Shown: one piece after another, positions 23,526 to 36,286 of the stretch
Layout of the letters: each line of letters opens with the position of its first letter
Numbering within the stretch: position 1 is the first letter of the stretch
Assembly: GCA_030390025.1 (NCBI GenBank)
Contig: CM059432.1
Location: forward strand, 16,246,001-16,310,000
Source: Squalus acanthias
Lineage: Eukaryota
Direction: 5' to 3'
DNA: 64,000 nt
The notes under the pieces: model-generated
Told to the model about the DNA's origin: nothing
Seen by the model: only the letters and a program-made list of their open reading frames with translations
Database searches by the model: none
Position numbers and translations under genes: made by a program

Positions 23526-24426
23526 AGGTTGAAGGCTAGAGGTGAGAAAAGGATTTATCTATCACACAGTTCTTATGTAGCCTTTCTAGAAGTGCAAAAG
23601 AGGTGCTCGAAGAGTGCCCCCAGATATGGGAACTGACATGAATCTGTCATTCATGAAAGAAAGACTTATGAAATAATACTGAGTGGCCTGCGGGTGGCGC
23701 TGTCCAGGGAGAGTATAAATACTCGGGCACGGGCCCAGCTTGCGCAGGACATTCTTAACAGGAACTAGTGAAGGACACAACTAGACCTCCATGTTGTAAA
23801 ACAGTTGATCAAAGCTTTGTTTAACGCTTAGACCAAGTGCCTAGTAGTTTTCTTACGCCAGGAACAATATTCAAATCTTGGACAGACCTGGACATAATAG
23901 AGAGTTTAGAGTCGTTGAGGGGGGGAAATGGTGTTTGACTCAAAAGATCAAACTGAGCTTTTTGAAAGTAGCTTCAGCAAAGGGGAGATGTGGAAGTTCC
24001 ATTTGAGGTTGAAGCAGATATTAAGGGCAAGAATGTATTTAGATGAGGAAGGACGAAGGATCGAAACATTAACGGTAGCTATTGGTTAGACTTGCAAGAG
24101 ACATGAAGAAACGGTGTCTTTGAAGAATTGAAAGAAACAGATTTTTATCACCTTATTGAAAAGCTTGAGGGAGATCAAGAGCTAGTTATTCAGTAATCAC
24201 ATTGTGAGGGAAAGAGAAGTTGTGAGCAATGGGGGCTTGCAATCTGAAAAAAGTCAATGAGTGAAATCAGCAGTAAAAAAAATAGGGTCGGATAACGAGA
24301 TAAAAATACAAATTTGAAATCTGAAATAAGAAAAGAAAGAAGTCTATCATCATCTGAAAAGAAAAAAAAATAGCTTAATATGTTGCATAGAAACCATTCA
24401 TCAGAATTGAGAACTTAATAAGAGTG

Positions 24427-24940
24427 TAAGAACATAAGAATTAGGAGCAGGAGTGGAGCGTACGGCCCCTCGAGCCTGCTCCACCATTCAATAAGATCGT
24501 GGCTGATCTTCGACCTCAACTCCATTTTCCCGCCCGATCCCCATATCCCTTGATTCCCCTAGAGTCCAAAAATCTATCGATCTCAGCCTTGAATATACTC
24601 AACGACTCAGCATCCACAGCCCTTTGGGGTAGGGATTCACAACCGTCTGAGTGAAGAAATTCCTCATCATCTCAGTCTTAAAAGGCCGGCCCCTTATCCT
24701 GAGACTATGCCCCCTAGCTCTAGACACTCCAGCCAGGGGAGACAACCTCTCAGTATCCACCCTTGTCAATCCCCTCAGAATCTTATATGTTTCAATGAGA
24801 TCACCCCTCATTCTTCTAAACTCCAGAGAGTATCTGCCCAATCTACTCAATTTCTCCTCATAGGACAACCCTCTCATCCCAGGAATCAATCCAGTGAACC
24901 TTGGCTTGCACCACCTCCAAGGCAAGTGTATCCTTCCTCA
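24427..24940 (-). mobile_element. CR1 LINE 3' fragment
   Basis: RFTGLIPGMRGLSYEE...RRMRGDLIETYKIL; tail and 3'UTR stem-loop. Confidence 0.9.
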
Positions 24941-25617
24941 GACCAAAACTTTGATGACCACAGATGAAGGAAACCTCAACAGAGCACAAAGGACATTTCC
25001 AACATTCTAGTGTGGAAAGTAGAGTCACCAGACCAGATACAATGGAGATGTATAAACTGATGGGGAAGGGAAGCTTTGCCAGGCTGACCAAAACAATGAG
25101 GGGAAAGGAGAACAACAGGTAATATTCATTAGCCAAATTTGCTAAATAATAGCCTAAAGAAGCATTGAATGGGATCAGCAGCCTATGAATGGGTTTTTTA
25201 AAGCTAGAAATAGGTAAAAATTGCTGAACATTATTCAAAGTTCACTTTAGTGAGGCTGTGAAAAAGGAGAAAGGTAAAACAGCTCTAAAAATAGAAGGCA
25301 GAAAAGCACAACATGAAAGTGATAAACAGGCTGAAAAATGCAGGAGACAGTTATGGTCTGAAGTTGTTCTTCAATGTTCAAAGCTATAGTGTGCCAAAGG
25401 AGAAAGTGAAATACTAGGAGTAATTTTACAAGTTTGCACTGTGTGTGTGAAGCAAGGATCCTGAGAGAGTGAATAGGGTGTCATGGACACCCATAAAATT
25501 GAGAATGGCAGAGAAAAGATATGATCGATGATAGAATCACATTGTAATGGTGGTTATCTGGTGGATGTGGAGGCTAATAAGATTGACAGTTTTCATAAAA
25601 GGATGGAGCAGGACTTA

Positions 25618-25751
25618 GAGTGGGGTTTATGTAGTAGAGGACTTTAATGAACACAGATGAGGGAGTGGGGTTTATGTAGTAGAGGACTTTAATGAGCACA
25701 GATGAGGGAGTGGGGTTTGTGTAGTAGAGGACCTTAATGGCACAGATGAGG
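25618..25751. repeat. 3 x 45-bp tandem repeat
   Basis: GAGTGGGGTTTATGTAGTAGAGGACTTTAATGAACACAGATGAGG starting at 25618, 25663, 25708. Confidence 0.9.
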
Positions 25752-25950
25752 GAAACCTCAACAGAGCAAAAAGAACACGTCAGACATTCTAGTGTGAAAA
25801 GCAGAGTAATCAGAGCAGATTCAATGGAAATATAGTAAGTGAGGGGGATGGAAATAAATATAATCCAAGTGGTTGTGGGAGTCTGTGAGTCTGTAACAGA
25901 AATTTGTGGAAAGCTATTGGTAGAGGTGAAAAGAGAGAAGAGTCTCAGAG

Positions 25951-26415
25951 ATAAGAACATAAGAAATAGGAGCAGGAGGAGGCCATTCGAGCCTGCTCCA
26001 CCATTCAATAAGATCATGGCTGAACTTCTACATCAACTCCACTTTCCCGCACTATCCCCATATCCCTTGATTCCCTTAGTGCCCAAAAATCTATTGATCC
26101 CTGTCTTGAATATACTCAAATACTCAGCACTCTGGGTTAGAGAATTCCAAAGATTCACCACCCTCTGAGTGAAGAAATTTCTCCTCATCTCAGTCCAAAA
26201 TGGCCGACCTCTTATTCTGAGACTGTGACCCCCCTGGTTCTAGACTCCCCAGCCAGGGGAAACATCCTCCCTCCATCTACCCTGTCAAACCCCTTAAGAA
26301 TTTTGTATGTTTCAATGAGATCGCCTCTCATTCTTCTAAACTCTAGAGAATATTGGCCTAGTCTACTCAATCTCTCCTCATAGGACAATCCCCCCAATCC
26401 CAGGAATCAGTCTAG
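25951..26415 (-). mobile_element. CR1 LINE 3' fragment
   Basis: GGLSYEERLSRLG...RRMRGDLIETYKIL; ATAAGAACATAAGAA tail. Confidence 0.9.
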
Positions 26416-27659
26416 ATGGACCGTGTAACAGTTAAAAAAATGGGCAGAAATGGGAAGCGTAGTCAATGAACTTCCCCGGATCAGGGTGAGAAAAGGAAGC
26501 AGCACTAACACATTCATCAATATAATGGTGGAAGAAATTAGAGAGTAAGCCTGAGTAAAATTGATACAAGCAGTGTTCTGCATATTTCATAATAAGACAA
26601 ACATAGCTGGAACCCATACAAGTTCCCATAGCGTCACCATTCACTTGGGGATAAAGTGCGAAGAGTAAGAATAAGGACATCCGAGTACAGCAGGGTGGTG
26701 ATCCAGTTTGCTGTTGGGATCATGATGAGGAATGAAGGTATAAAGGGAGTGGATAACCCTGTTGAAAAGAAGGTTATTCAGAGCCTAAATCATAGGAACC
26801 TCATCAGGAGAACATCAGAAGAATTGCGGACGTAAGTGAGTGACCAGGCAACGAGAGAGAATAGAGCTAAGATAAAAGAAGACTGCGGGAAAGGTATAAA
26901 CAAGTAGTGCAAGGCTGCAGAACAATAAAATTGGAGATGGTAACGGATAATTTTTGGAAAAGATGAGATCAGGGACAATGTAATCTGGTACTCAGTAGTT
27001 GGGTCATAGGCCAAAGGTGGAAGAGAAGTCAACAATGAGTAGAGGAAGTCATTTGATATGAGTGGGAGAGATGACTGAGCCCTGTAGAACTCCTGAGTTA
27101 ATAATAAAATCGAGGATAAGCCATCGCATATAGAGCAACTTGTGAGGAAACATGAACAGAGACTTTGTGGGAGGCCAACACATAAATATCTGTTTACACT
27201 GGTTACCTCGACATGAACAAGAGCATTATGGAATCCTGTGACATTGCAGTTATGTTCACAGTATACAAAGATCTATCATAACATAATTGCCCCTAGCAAC
27301 AAACTTGACAACTGGAAAAGTCATGAGACAAAATGAAACAAAGAACAAGGAAACAAAGACAAGAGTCTTACTTGTCTATTCAGATAAAACAGGCATTAGC
27401 CATGGGTTAACATCAATAATTCTTTAGGGGAAAAGTGGTAATCAGCATAGAAGCAGAGGATGTGCCACAGCTACTCACGAGACAGCTTAACTTTCTCATT
27501 TATCCAGACAGCTTTATTTTGAAATTATTTAATGTCTCACAGGCTGGCCACAGCATATTCTATCTATAATAATGTTCAAAGGTGAAGGATCTTCTATGAG
27601 AAGTATTTTTCCATGTTTTATGCTTCAATGATGTGAGTTGTGAAAATCTCCTAGATGTT

Positions 27660-28110
27660 AAAGAATAACTTACATTTATATAGCGCCTTTCACGACCACC
27701 GGACGTCCCAAATTGCTTTACAGCCAATGAAGTACTTTTTGAAGTGTAGTCACTGTTGTAATGTAGGAAACACGGCAGCCAATTTGTGCACAGCAAGCTC
27801 CCACAAACAGCAATGTGATAATGACCAGATAATCTGTTTTAGTGATATCGGTTGAGGGATAAACATTGGCCAGGACACCAGGGAGAACTCCCCTGCTCTT
27901 CTTCGAAATAGTGCCATGGGATCTTTTACATCCACCTGAGAGGGCAGACATCTCATCCGAAAGACGGCACCTCCAACAGTGCAGCACTCCCTCAGTACTG
28001 CACTGGAGCATCAGCCTAGATTTTTGCACTCAAGTCTCTGGATTGGGACTTGAACCCACAACCATCAGACACAGAGGCAAGGGTGCTACCCACTGAGCCA
28101 CAGCTGACAC
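27660..28110 (-). mobile_element. SacSINE1-like Deu-domain SINE
   Basis: Reverse-complement homolog of 8095-8568 including A/B boxes. Confidence 0.82.
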
Positions 28111-28540
28111 TGTAAAGAGAAATGTTTCATCACACTACACCCTTGAAACGATGTAAAAGTTCAGGTCTGCCAGAGGTCTAGTCATATACTCAGCAGTTAT
28201 CAACCACAGATTTCATTGTGGATTCAATGACTAACAACATCTTTTCATTCTTTAAATTCACTCTGTCCCAGTTATTTTTGATAGATATTTCGCAGCCTGT
28301 CTTGTAAAGATTGGGTAGTCCATTTGAAGCCATCAGAAAGAGAGAGAGAGATAAATAGATAGACCAGAAGGAGGCTGTGTGAATGGTAAGCAAGAAATCA
28401 CCATGTTAAGGTTAATAGGAAAGAAACCACATTGTTAAAGTCCACCCTATCGCGGACCTTCCCTTTTGTTCTTTCCTCCTCTCCTCCCTTTCCCTGCCCC
28501 TGCACTTGCTTAAAAATCTGTTACATCTCCAACTTTTTCC

Positions 28541-28577
28541 AGTTCTGACGAAGGTTCATCGACCTGAAACGTTAACT
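28541..28577 (+). ncRNA. Minimal hammerhead ribozyme motif in a Penelope terminal fragment (~28440-28640)
   Basis: AGUU-CUGACGA-A-GGUUC-AUC-GACCU-GAAA-CGUU-AACU; one mismatch in helix II. Confidence 0.62.
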
Positions 28578-29451
28578 CTGTTTCTCGCTCCACAGATGTT
28601 GGCTGACCCGCTGAATATTTCCAGCATTTTCTGTTTTTATTTATGTTAAAGTTAATAGTCAGGGAACTTGTAATAACTGTAAATCTATAGTTTGTCCTTG
28701 CATCTGTTCAATTATTCACTTACTGCTTAATAATCCGTTTGGCAGTTTATAGCTTAAGCCATAGTTTAGCAAAGTGTTTATTCTACTGCCTTCCAAAGTC
28801 CAAGAGGATCATATTAATGGCATGTGATAGATGCACTAAACTACAGTAACAAAGATTTTATGTTCAATTTCTGGACATGCTACAATTACCTAAATAAAGG
28901 GACTCTCCAGGGCATAAGCAACAAGGGCTTCCTTATGGGGGTGGGCAGAGAGTCTGAACCTGACTAAAGTAGCTAGAGTTAAAACCTACAAATGTTACAT
29001 ATAGTTCAGACCATCAAAAAAATCTATACAAGGTGAAGACCTAAATTTACTTTAGCATGCAGTAAGAAGACCTTGTGCCTGTTCAGCAGGAAAAAAGTAT
29101 TCTCTTCTTTCCCCTCCCAACATGATTTATGCGTATTAACAGATTAAGGCCAGCAATACTGTAAAGCATATTATTTATTAATGAGGGAAACTTTCAAATC
29201 AAAAGATTCAAGGACTGTAAACCTGGTCCAAAGTTACTAATAACCAAAATGTTTTGAAATGTTTACTTAAAACTTTGGTCTTTATTACGTAGGAGGAGAA
29301 GGAAGCTATGGGGAAGATCTATGCAACTATTTTCTTGGAAAAGTTACTAAATACTGAACAAGTGATGCTTTCTACCATAGTGAAAATCCCTACAGTACTC
29401 TAGGCTAGACCCACCACCATTATAAGACTGCCTGTGAGTGAATTATGAAGG

Positions 29452-30896
29452 GGGCAGAATTTGTGGGTTTTCTACACAATGGCCGGGAATTTCTCATTTC
29501 CCACCCGCCCGAAGCAGGGGGACCCGGCAGAGCGCAGGAAGCCCAGAAGTCTGAGTTTCCCGGCAGTCTGTGGAGCTTTAACTCCACAGTGTGCGTGTGA
29601 CGTAATGGGCGGATTCCCCGCTCAGAATCCAGCCTGTCAATCAATCAGGCTGGCTTCCAATTGGGCGGGTAATGCTGGCTGGACAGGACGGTGCAGCAAC
29701 AGATAGGTACTGGGTCCACGGGGGCGGTCCAAGCTCGCGGGGGGGGGGGGGGGGATTTTTGACCCCTGACCCCGGGGGTGGGTGAGCTTGGGGGGTTGGG
29801 AGGAAGCATTCCTGCTCCTCCTGGCCCAGAAGGATTGCTGCCCGAGCCTGTTCTCGCCTCGCTGCAGCTACCGGGAATCCCAAGCCCCGGGATTCCCAGC
29901 CGTCTGCAGTTAAAGAAAGAAAAAAGCAAAACAAGCAGGTTAAAGCAGAGGCTTCAGGCCTCATTATAATGGGCCAGAAATTCAGCTTTCAGGCTTCCTG
30001 CGGGTGCAAGGATCGCGCGCGTACTTGCCTACCGCGCCTGCAGTTGTGCTTTGGGCCCACGAGGACTTCGGGTCCTGGGCCTCCTCCAGCTGCCGGCGCG
30101 CAGTGCTTGCGTATCCCAAGGGCGCAGTTAGTTCGAAGCGTCCCCTGGGATCACGTGGGCCATGGAGAGCCAATCCTAGCAGGGCATTTTCATTCATAGA
30201 TTTGACAGGAAGACCTGTCAAATCTATGAATAGAGATCACCCCCCCAAAACCACACTTAAACTTCAAATAATTTTTTTTTAAAACATCACATTTTTAAAA
30301 TAACTATAAGTTAAATAAATTAACTACTTTAAACAAAAATTTAAATTTTTGAAAAAATTAATTATACTTTGTAACGGTGCTAAAAATAAACTTACCTTTC
30401 TTTAAAGTATCTAAAAAAGATAAACCTGTTGAAAAAATTTTTAAATTGTAATTAATTAACCACTTACCTTGTTAAAAACAGGCCTTGTGCCTCCTTTTTA
30501 AAAGTGCAGCTTCTCCATACTTACCCTCCCGGAGAAACCTCAAAAAAAACCTGAAGTTCGCTGCGTACGCGCAGCCTCTCCCGCGCACGCGTTCGACTTC
30601 TGAACCCCTCCCTTCAGGGGAACGGAAGTTCCGGTTTCCCGCGCATGCGCAGTGCATGCAGGAAACCGGCACTTCAGGTGGCCTTACGGGTGAGTACACA
30701 GCGCGTACTCACCCGACAACAGCCGAATTTCTGGCCCAATGTTTAAAGTGCCAACCTGCCTCCTGGCAGCAGGTTGGCTGCCCGCCCCCTCCGTCCCGCT
30801 GAGTAAAAGGTAAAAGGGGGCGGGTTGGGGTCGGGTTTTAGATTTTTACAACTTTCACTTCCCCCCCACCCGTTTTTTCACGTGAAAATTCCGCCC
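29452..30896. mobile_element. Outer GC-rich MITE (PIF/Harbinger-like) hosting a nested MITE
   Basis: Imperfect TIRs GGGCAGAATTT / AAATTCCGCCC. Confidence 0.55.
29971..30737. mobile_element. PIF/Harbinger-type MITE, 767 bp
   Basis: TIRs GGGCCAGAAATTCAGCT / AGCCGAATTTCTGGCCC; 3-bp TSD AAT; body homologous to 49564-50289. Confidence 0.82.
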
Positions 30897-30899
30897 ATT

Positions 30900-31145
30900 G
30901 AATTTAAATTCAATAACCTGTCCTCATCTTCAAATTTCTTCACGGCTTAGCCCCGCCCTACCTTTGCAACACCAACAAGCCTCATCCCATCCTACCTTTG
31001 CAAGCTGCTCCAACCTTACACCCTCTTGCCCACCCTTTAACTCCCTTGAATCCGGCCTTCTGTGCATCCCTCTCCTCCGTGCAGCCACCATTGGCGGCAC
31101 AGTTTTCAGCTGTCTTGGCCCCATTCTTTGGAATTCTCCGCTCTA
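30900..31145 (+). mobile_element. Diverged L2 LINE 3' fragment
   Basis: TIGGTVFSCLGPILWNS, similar to the L2 copies at 18905 and 41605. Confidence 0.6.
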
Positions 31146-31385
31146 AATTATTTTTCTATTTCACTCTAGGACAAGGGGAGATTGATTCAAGCTCGGATGA
31201 GAAAAGAGGGTAATAGAGACTATGTAGGGAGGCACCACCGCCCAATCCATTAAAGCACAAATGTGTCGTAAATGCCTGAAGAAATAGGCCCGTAGAATGT
31301 TTGCACACAGTATTAGTATCAAAGTAAATCATATCACAATATACTACGCTTAAAGGAAACTGATCCTGTCGTTACATGCCCCTAT

Positions 31386-31581
31386 GGCCTAAAGATTCGG
31401 TTGCTTTGCGCCTCCCGTTAGTGCCCTAAGAGGGAGGCAGGGCGCTTCCAGATCCTTGCTTCCCTCTCGGGGCGCTACCGATGAATTTCAGGCCGCGGGG
31501 GTGCTAATTTTTTCGGGGCGCTAAAAGTAGCGCCCAGGTGAAGTTAGTGCCCCAAAGGAGGCTCGACTCAATTTTCCCCCC
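31386..31581. mobile_element. Short GC-rich MITE with GGGCGCT/AGCGCCC subrepeats
   Basis: Ends GGCCTAAAGATTCG...CAATTTTCCCCC; subrepeats shared with 54670-55102 and 63412-64000. Confidence 0.5.
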
Positions 31582-32364
31582 TATATTTGGCTGGCTTCAC
31601 TGGTCGAGGGCCCCAGTGGGCCCGTGCATTAATCCGCCCCCGGCATCAACAGGTTGTTTGGGTCACCAGTTTGCCAAGACACCAATAACCCCAATATTGC
31701 CCTCATTTTAGACTGAAAATGCTGCGACCTGCAGTCTGATAGTCTGTGGCTGGAGATGCAGGGCCTGCCTAAATAAAGTCCAGTGCACTGATCACTGCAC
31801 TTAGGATCATTGTTAAGTCTGGGGTGTGTGACCTCTGCGAGGGCAGACCTTGTAAGAAGTGCACGCCCAGATCATGGGGAGAGGAGAGGGGGGTATCATG
31901 GAAAGCATTGTACAAACCTTGAGGGAGAAAATGGCATTTATTTTGTTTGTTTCTCTTGCCTAGCTTCTCTGCATTTCTTCACCTAAAAGATGTCCCGCTT
32001 TCTGCCCTAATCTCCCAAACGCTCCAGATCCCTTTGCAAATAGCCTATTTATGATCCTGGAGAGGTATGTTACTATCGCTTCCTTCAAATCATTAACAAA
32101 ATCAATGGCCCCATTAATCAAAAAATCGGCCTGTTATCCAGGAGATCAGGAGTGTGTTGGCTCGAACAGAAAGCAACCTATTTTGATTCTGGTTACATCA
32201 AATTTTAAAAATAGATGCAGCCATGACAGGACACAATTTCAAATTATTTTTATTTCCTCAAAGTATCAATCAGTCGCTCTTAACTGATGTTATTTTGTTA
32301 ACATTCACTTTTTTAATTTTAATTATTGCATATTTAACTAGCAGTTGTATTAGACTAGCAGATG

Positions 32365-32826
32365 AGTGTGGCTCAGTGGGTAGCTCTCTTGCCTCTAGGT
32401 CCAGAAGGCTGTGGGTTCATAGTCCTGCTCCAGAGACACAAAGCTAGGTTGACGCTCCAGTGCAGCGCTGAGGGAGTGCTGCATTGTCAGAGGTGCCGTC
32501 TTTCAGATGAGACGTTAAACCGAGGCCCCGTCTGCTCTCTCTGGTGGACGTAAAAGATCCCACGGCACTATTTTGAAGAAGAGCAGGGGAGTTATCCCCG
32601 GTGTCCTGGCCAATATTTATCCCTCAATCAGCATCATTAGAAAAAAACAGATTATCTGGTCATTATCACATTGCTGTTTGTGGGAGCTTGCTGTGCGCAA
32701 ATTGGCTGCCGCGTTTCCTACATTGCAACAGTGACTCCACTTCAGAAAGTGCTTCATTAGCTGTGAAGTGTTTTCGGACATCCTGAGGTCGTGAAAGGCG
32801 CTATAGAAATGCAGGTCTTTCTTTCT
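32365..32826 (+). mobile_element. SacSINE1-like Deu-domain SINE
   Basis: Homolog of 8095-8568. Confidence 0.82.
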
Positions 32827-33297
32827 ATTAAATATCCTATATTTAAAAAAAGTAATGGAACATTATATTTCTTGGACTTTTGTCACAGTGCTGTTGCCAT
32901 ATTTTATCTGTAATTTCATAAGTTCGATTTCACATTTACACACAACAGAGAGCTTCAAAATGGATTCTTCTGCTCGGGGGCAATTCCCTCTTTTGCAGTG
33001 TGCAATATCAATCAGTGGATAAAAGATACATCACTTGAAATAAGGATTCCATGAAAAATATGATGTTAATCAGCTGGACAAATCTTTGGTGCTGTGAGGA
33101 ACTGAGTGAATAACAGTGTCCTCTGAAACACTAGATTGTCCCAGTATCTGTACAGTAGCCAAATACTGCTCATTTGCATCACTTACCTGTTTCCTACTTA
33201 TGCTAGATAATGACTGCAAATAACATCTATTCTGGAGAACAAATACAGCTTGCTGTTTGGCACATGCTTGCTTAGTAATATATTTCTTAAAGATAAT

Positions 33298-33401
33298 GGC
33301 CTAGAAATTCGTCTCCGTCGGAGGCGCAAAACGGGCGGTATCGGATAGATACTCAGTTCCATTGACAGGCGCTGTGTATAACAGAAATGAATTTCTAGGC
33401 T
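33298..33401. mobile_element. 104-bp PIF/Harbinger-type mini-MITE
   Basis: TIRs GGCCTAGAAATTC / GAATTTCTAGGCT; flanks AAT / AAC. Confidence 0.7.
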
Positions 33402-34389
33402 AACAAATCTTAAGCATTCTCTCACTCTCACACTACTCTTTATTGAAAGACTATGGTTATAGTAACCCTTTATTTTATTTTCTGGTAAAACACATCCAGT
33501 CCAGCCTAATAAACCTGACTCTTTTAAATGAATTGTTAAAAGGAGAAATCCCACTTATTCGTTTGTGCCTATTTACATGGCTGTGTGTGGGCGTGAGGGG
33601 GCGGGGGGAGGTGCAGCAGGAGGTGTCTAGTCATGATGCTCAGGGCCTCATGAATGTGGGGCAGGCTTGATGGACCAGCTGCTCTTTCCTTGCCTGTCAT
33701 TTTCGTATGTTTTCGTATTTGTTTTAGACAGTCAAGCCCTCAGTGAATGGACTTCCCACTGTAAATAAGTATCCAATTATTCATTAGGGTTATGGTTGAG
33801 TAACCCCACTGAGGTTCAGTGATTCAAACTGAGGCCAAGGCCAAATCAGGCACCGAACAGACACTCCCATCTCATTAATAACGAAAATGTCCCTAAAAGT
33901 GATGGCCATATTAATAATGCTATTATAAAATATTGAGCCATCTAACTCCACAAACGTTCGGGAAATAAATCCCACCCAGGAAGTGTCTCACTCCTGCAGT
34001 GGCATGCCTTCCATGTGCTGCTCTTCTACATCCATAGTTAGACTTCTATGCAAAGCAAAGTAATGGAGCATAAAACTCATATAGCTCACAACAATGATCT
34101 TGGAAACTTGGGGGATGGGGAGGGAGCGTACTGTAAGTTACCACCTGACCTGTCCAGGCATCTGAAGTGTTAATCTGGAATTCCCTCCCTAAATCCCTCT
34201 GCCACTTCACCTCTCTTTCCTTCTTTAATATCCTCTTTATCTCTTTCACCAGCCTTTTAGTCACCCCTCTTAATATCTCCTTCTTTGGCTCAGCAGTCAT
34301 TTTTTGAGTACATCGCTGTGAAGCTCTATAGGACGTCTTTCCACATTAAATGCGCTATATAAATGCAGATTTTTATAGTTATTGCTTAA

Positions 34390-34703
34390 AGACTGGTTCC
34401 TGGGATGAGGGGATTGTCCTATGAGGAGAGATTGTGTAGACTAGGCCTATATTCTCTAGAGTTTAGAAGAATGAGAGGTGATCTCATTGAAACATACAAA
34501 ATTCTAACAAGGCTTGACAGGGTAGCTGCAGGGAGGATGTTTCCCCTGGCTGGGGAGTCTAGAACCAGGGGCCACAGGCTCAGAATAAGGGGTCGGCCAT
34601 TCAGGACTGAGATGAGGAGAAATTTCTTCACTCAGAGGGTGGTGAATCTTTGGAATTCTCTACCCCAGAGGGCTGTGGAGGCTCAGTCCTTGAGTATATT
34701 CAA
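34390..34703 (+). mobile_element. CR1 LINE fragment cut off by a Penelope element
   Basis: MRGLSYEERL...NFFTQRVVNLWNSLPQRAVEAQSLSIFK, then switches to Penelope terminal sequence. Confidence 0.9.
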
Positions 34704-34790
34704 GATGTGGAGATGCCGGCGTTGGACTGGGGTGGACAAATGTGAGAAGTCGCACAACACCAGGTTATAGTCCAAAGGCTTTATTTGAAA

Positions 34791-34827
34791 TCACAAGCTT
34801 TCGGAGCGCTGCTCCTTCGTCAGGTGA
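34791..34827 (-). ncRNA. Minimal type I hammerhead ribozyme motif
   Basis: Minus strand UCAC-CUGACGA-A-GGAGC-AGC-GCUCC-GAAA-GCUU-GUGA. Confidence 0.72.
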
Positions 34828-35137
34828 AGTGAAGAGACGCATATAGGCACAGCATATATAGTCAGAGAACACTGCCAGATGATTACAGTTAATCTTTCTA
34901 ACTGCCCTTTATCACACCTCGGCAGAGAGATAATCACGGCAATCAAAGGTGTGGATGATGTCCAAACAGGTCAGTCAGGAAAACATTACATCAAAGACAA
35001 TGAGGTGGCAGATGCTGGGGTCTGTATGGAAAACAAAAAACTTTTTTTGCTGGAAATCACAGCAGGTCCGGCCGCATCTGTGTAGAGAGAACAAGCCAAC
35101 GACGACTCGAGTCTGGATGACTCTACGTCAGGTGGGG

Positions 35138-36286
35138 TTACATGTAGCGTGACATGAACCCAAGATCCCGGTTGAGGCCGTCCTCATGGGTGCGGAACTT
35201 GGCTATCAGTTTCTGCTCGACGATTTTGCGTTGTCATGTGTCTCGAAGGCCGCCTTGGAGAACGCTTACCCGAAGATCGGAGGCTGAATGTCCTTGACTG
35301 CTGAAGTGTTCCCCGACTGGGAGGGAACACTCCTGCCTGGCGATTGTTGCGCAGTGTCCGTTCATACGTTGTTGCAGTGTCTGCATGGTCTCGCCAATGT
35401 ACCATGCTCCAGGGCATCCTTTCCTGCAACGTATGAGGTAGACAACGTTGGCCGAGTCACATGAGTATGTACCATGTACCTGGTGGGTGGTGTCCTCACG
35501 TGTGATGATGGTATCTGTGTTGATGATCTGGCATGTCTTGCAGAGGTTGCCGTGGCAGGGTTGTGTGGTGTCGTGGGCGCTGTTCTCCTGAAAGCTAGGT
35601 AATTTGCTGAGAATGATGGTCTGTTTGAGGTTAGGTGGCTGTTTGAAGGCGAGTAGTGGAGGCGTGGGGATGGCCTTAGCGAGGTGTTCGTCGTCATCGA
35701 TGACATGTTGAAGGCTGCGAAGAACATGGCGTAGTTTCTCCGCTCCGGGGAAGTACTGGACGACATAGGGTACTCTGTTGGTTGTGTCCCGTGTTTGTCT
35801 TCTGAGGAGGTCTATGTGATTTTTCACTGTGGCCCGTTGGAACTGTCGATCGACGAGTCGCGCGTCATATCCCGTTCTTACGAGGGCGTCTTTCAGTGTC
35901 TGTAGGTATCCATCGCGTTCCTCCTCGTCTGAGCAGATCCTGTGTATTCGCAGGGCTTGTCCATAGGGGATGGCTTCTTTAACGTGGTTAGGGTGGAAGC
36001 TGGAGAAGTGGAGCATCGTGAGGTTGTCCGTGGGCTTGCGGTAGAGTGAAGTGCTGAGGTGTCCGTCTTTGATGGAGATTCGTGTGTCCAAGAATGAAAC
36101 CGATTCTGAGGAGTAGTCCATGGTGAGTTTGATGGTGGGATGGAACTTGTTGATGTTATCGTGTAGTCTTTTCAGTGATTCTTCGCCGTGGGTCCATAGG
36201 AAGAAAATGTCATCGATGTATCTGGTGTATAGCGTTGGTTGGAGGTCCTGTGCAGCGAAGAAGTCTTGCTCGAACTTGTGCATGAA
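35138..36286 (-). pseudogene. Penelope RT (C-terminal half) plus GIY-YIG endonuclease
   Basis: RYIDDIF, FLD, LYRKPT, HP, then CxxC and NVVYLIRC...C...YIGET...RMNGH; one premature TGA at 35234, beyond which the frame continues EQKLIAKF...GLN to TAA at 35138. Confidence 0.9.

Larger units (their letters stand above)
24945..27060 (-). pseudogene. Highly decayed Penelope-like RT region, interrupted by a CR1
   Basis: 26432-26680 reads GDAMGTCMGSSYVCL...YIDECVSAAS, matching Penelope RT motifs GxAMG and YIDD; flanks degenerate. Confidence 0.55.

Noticed and set aside
33187..33231. Candidate minus-strand micro-exon (TTCTCCAG acceptor, CAG|GTAAGT donor)
   Set aside because: Good splice signals but no recognisable peptide or partner exons; such matches occur by chance.
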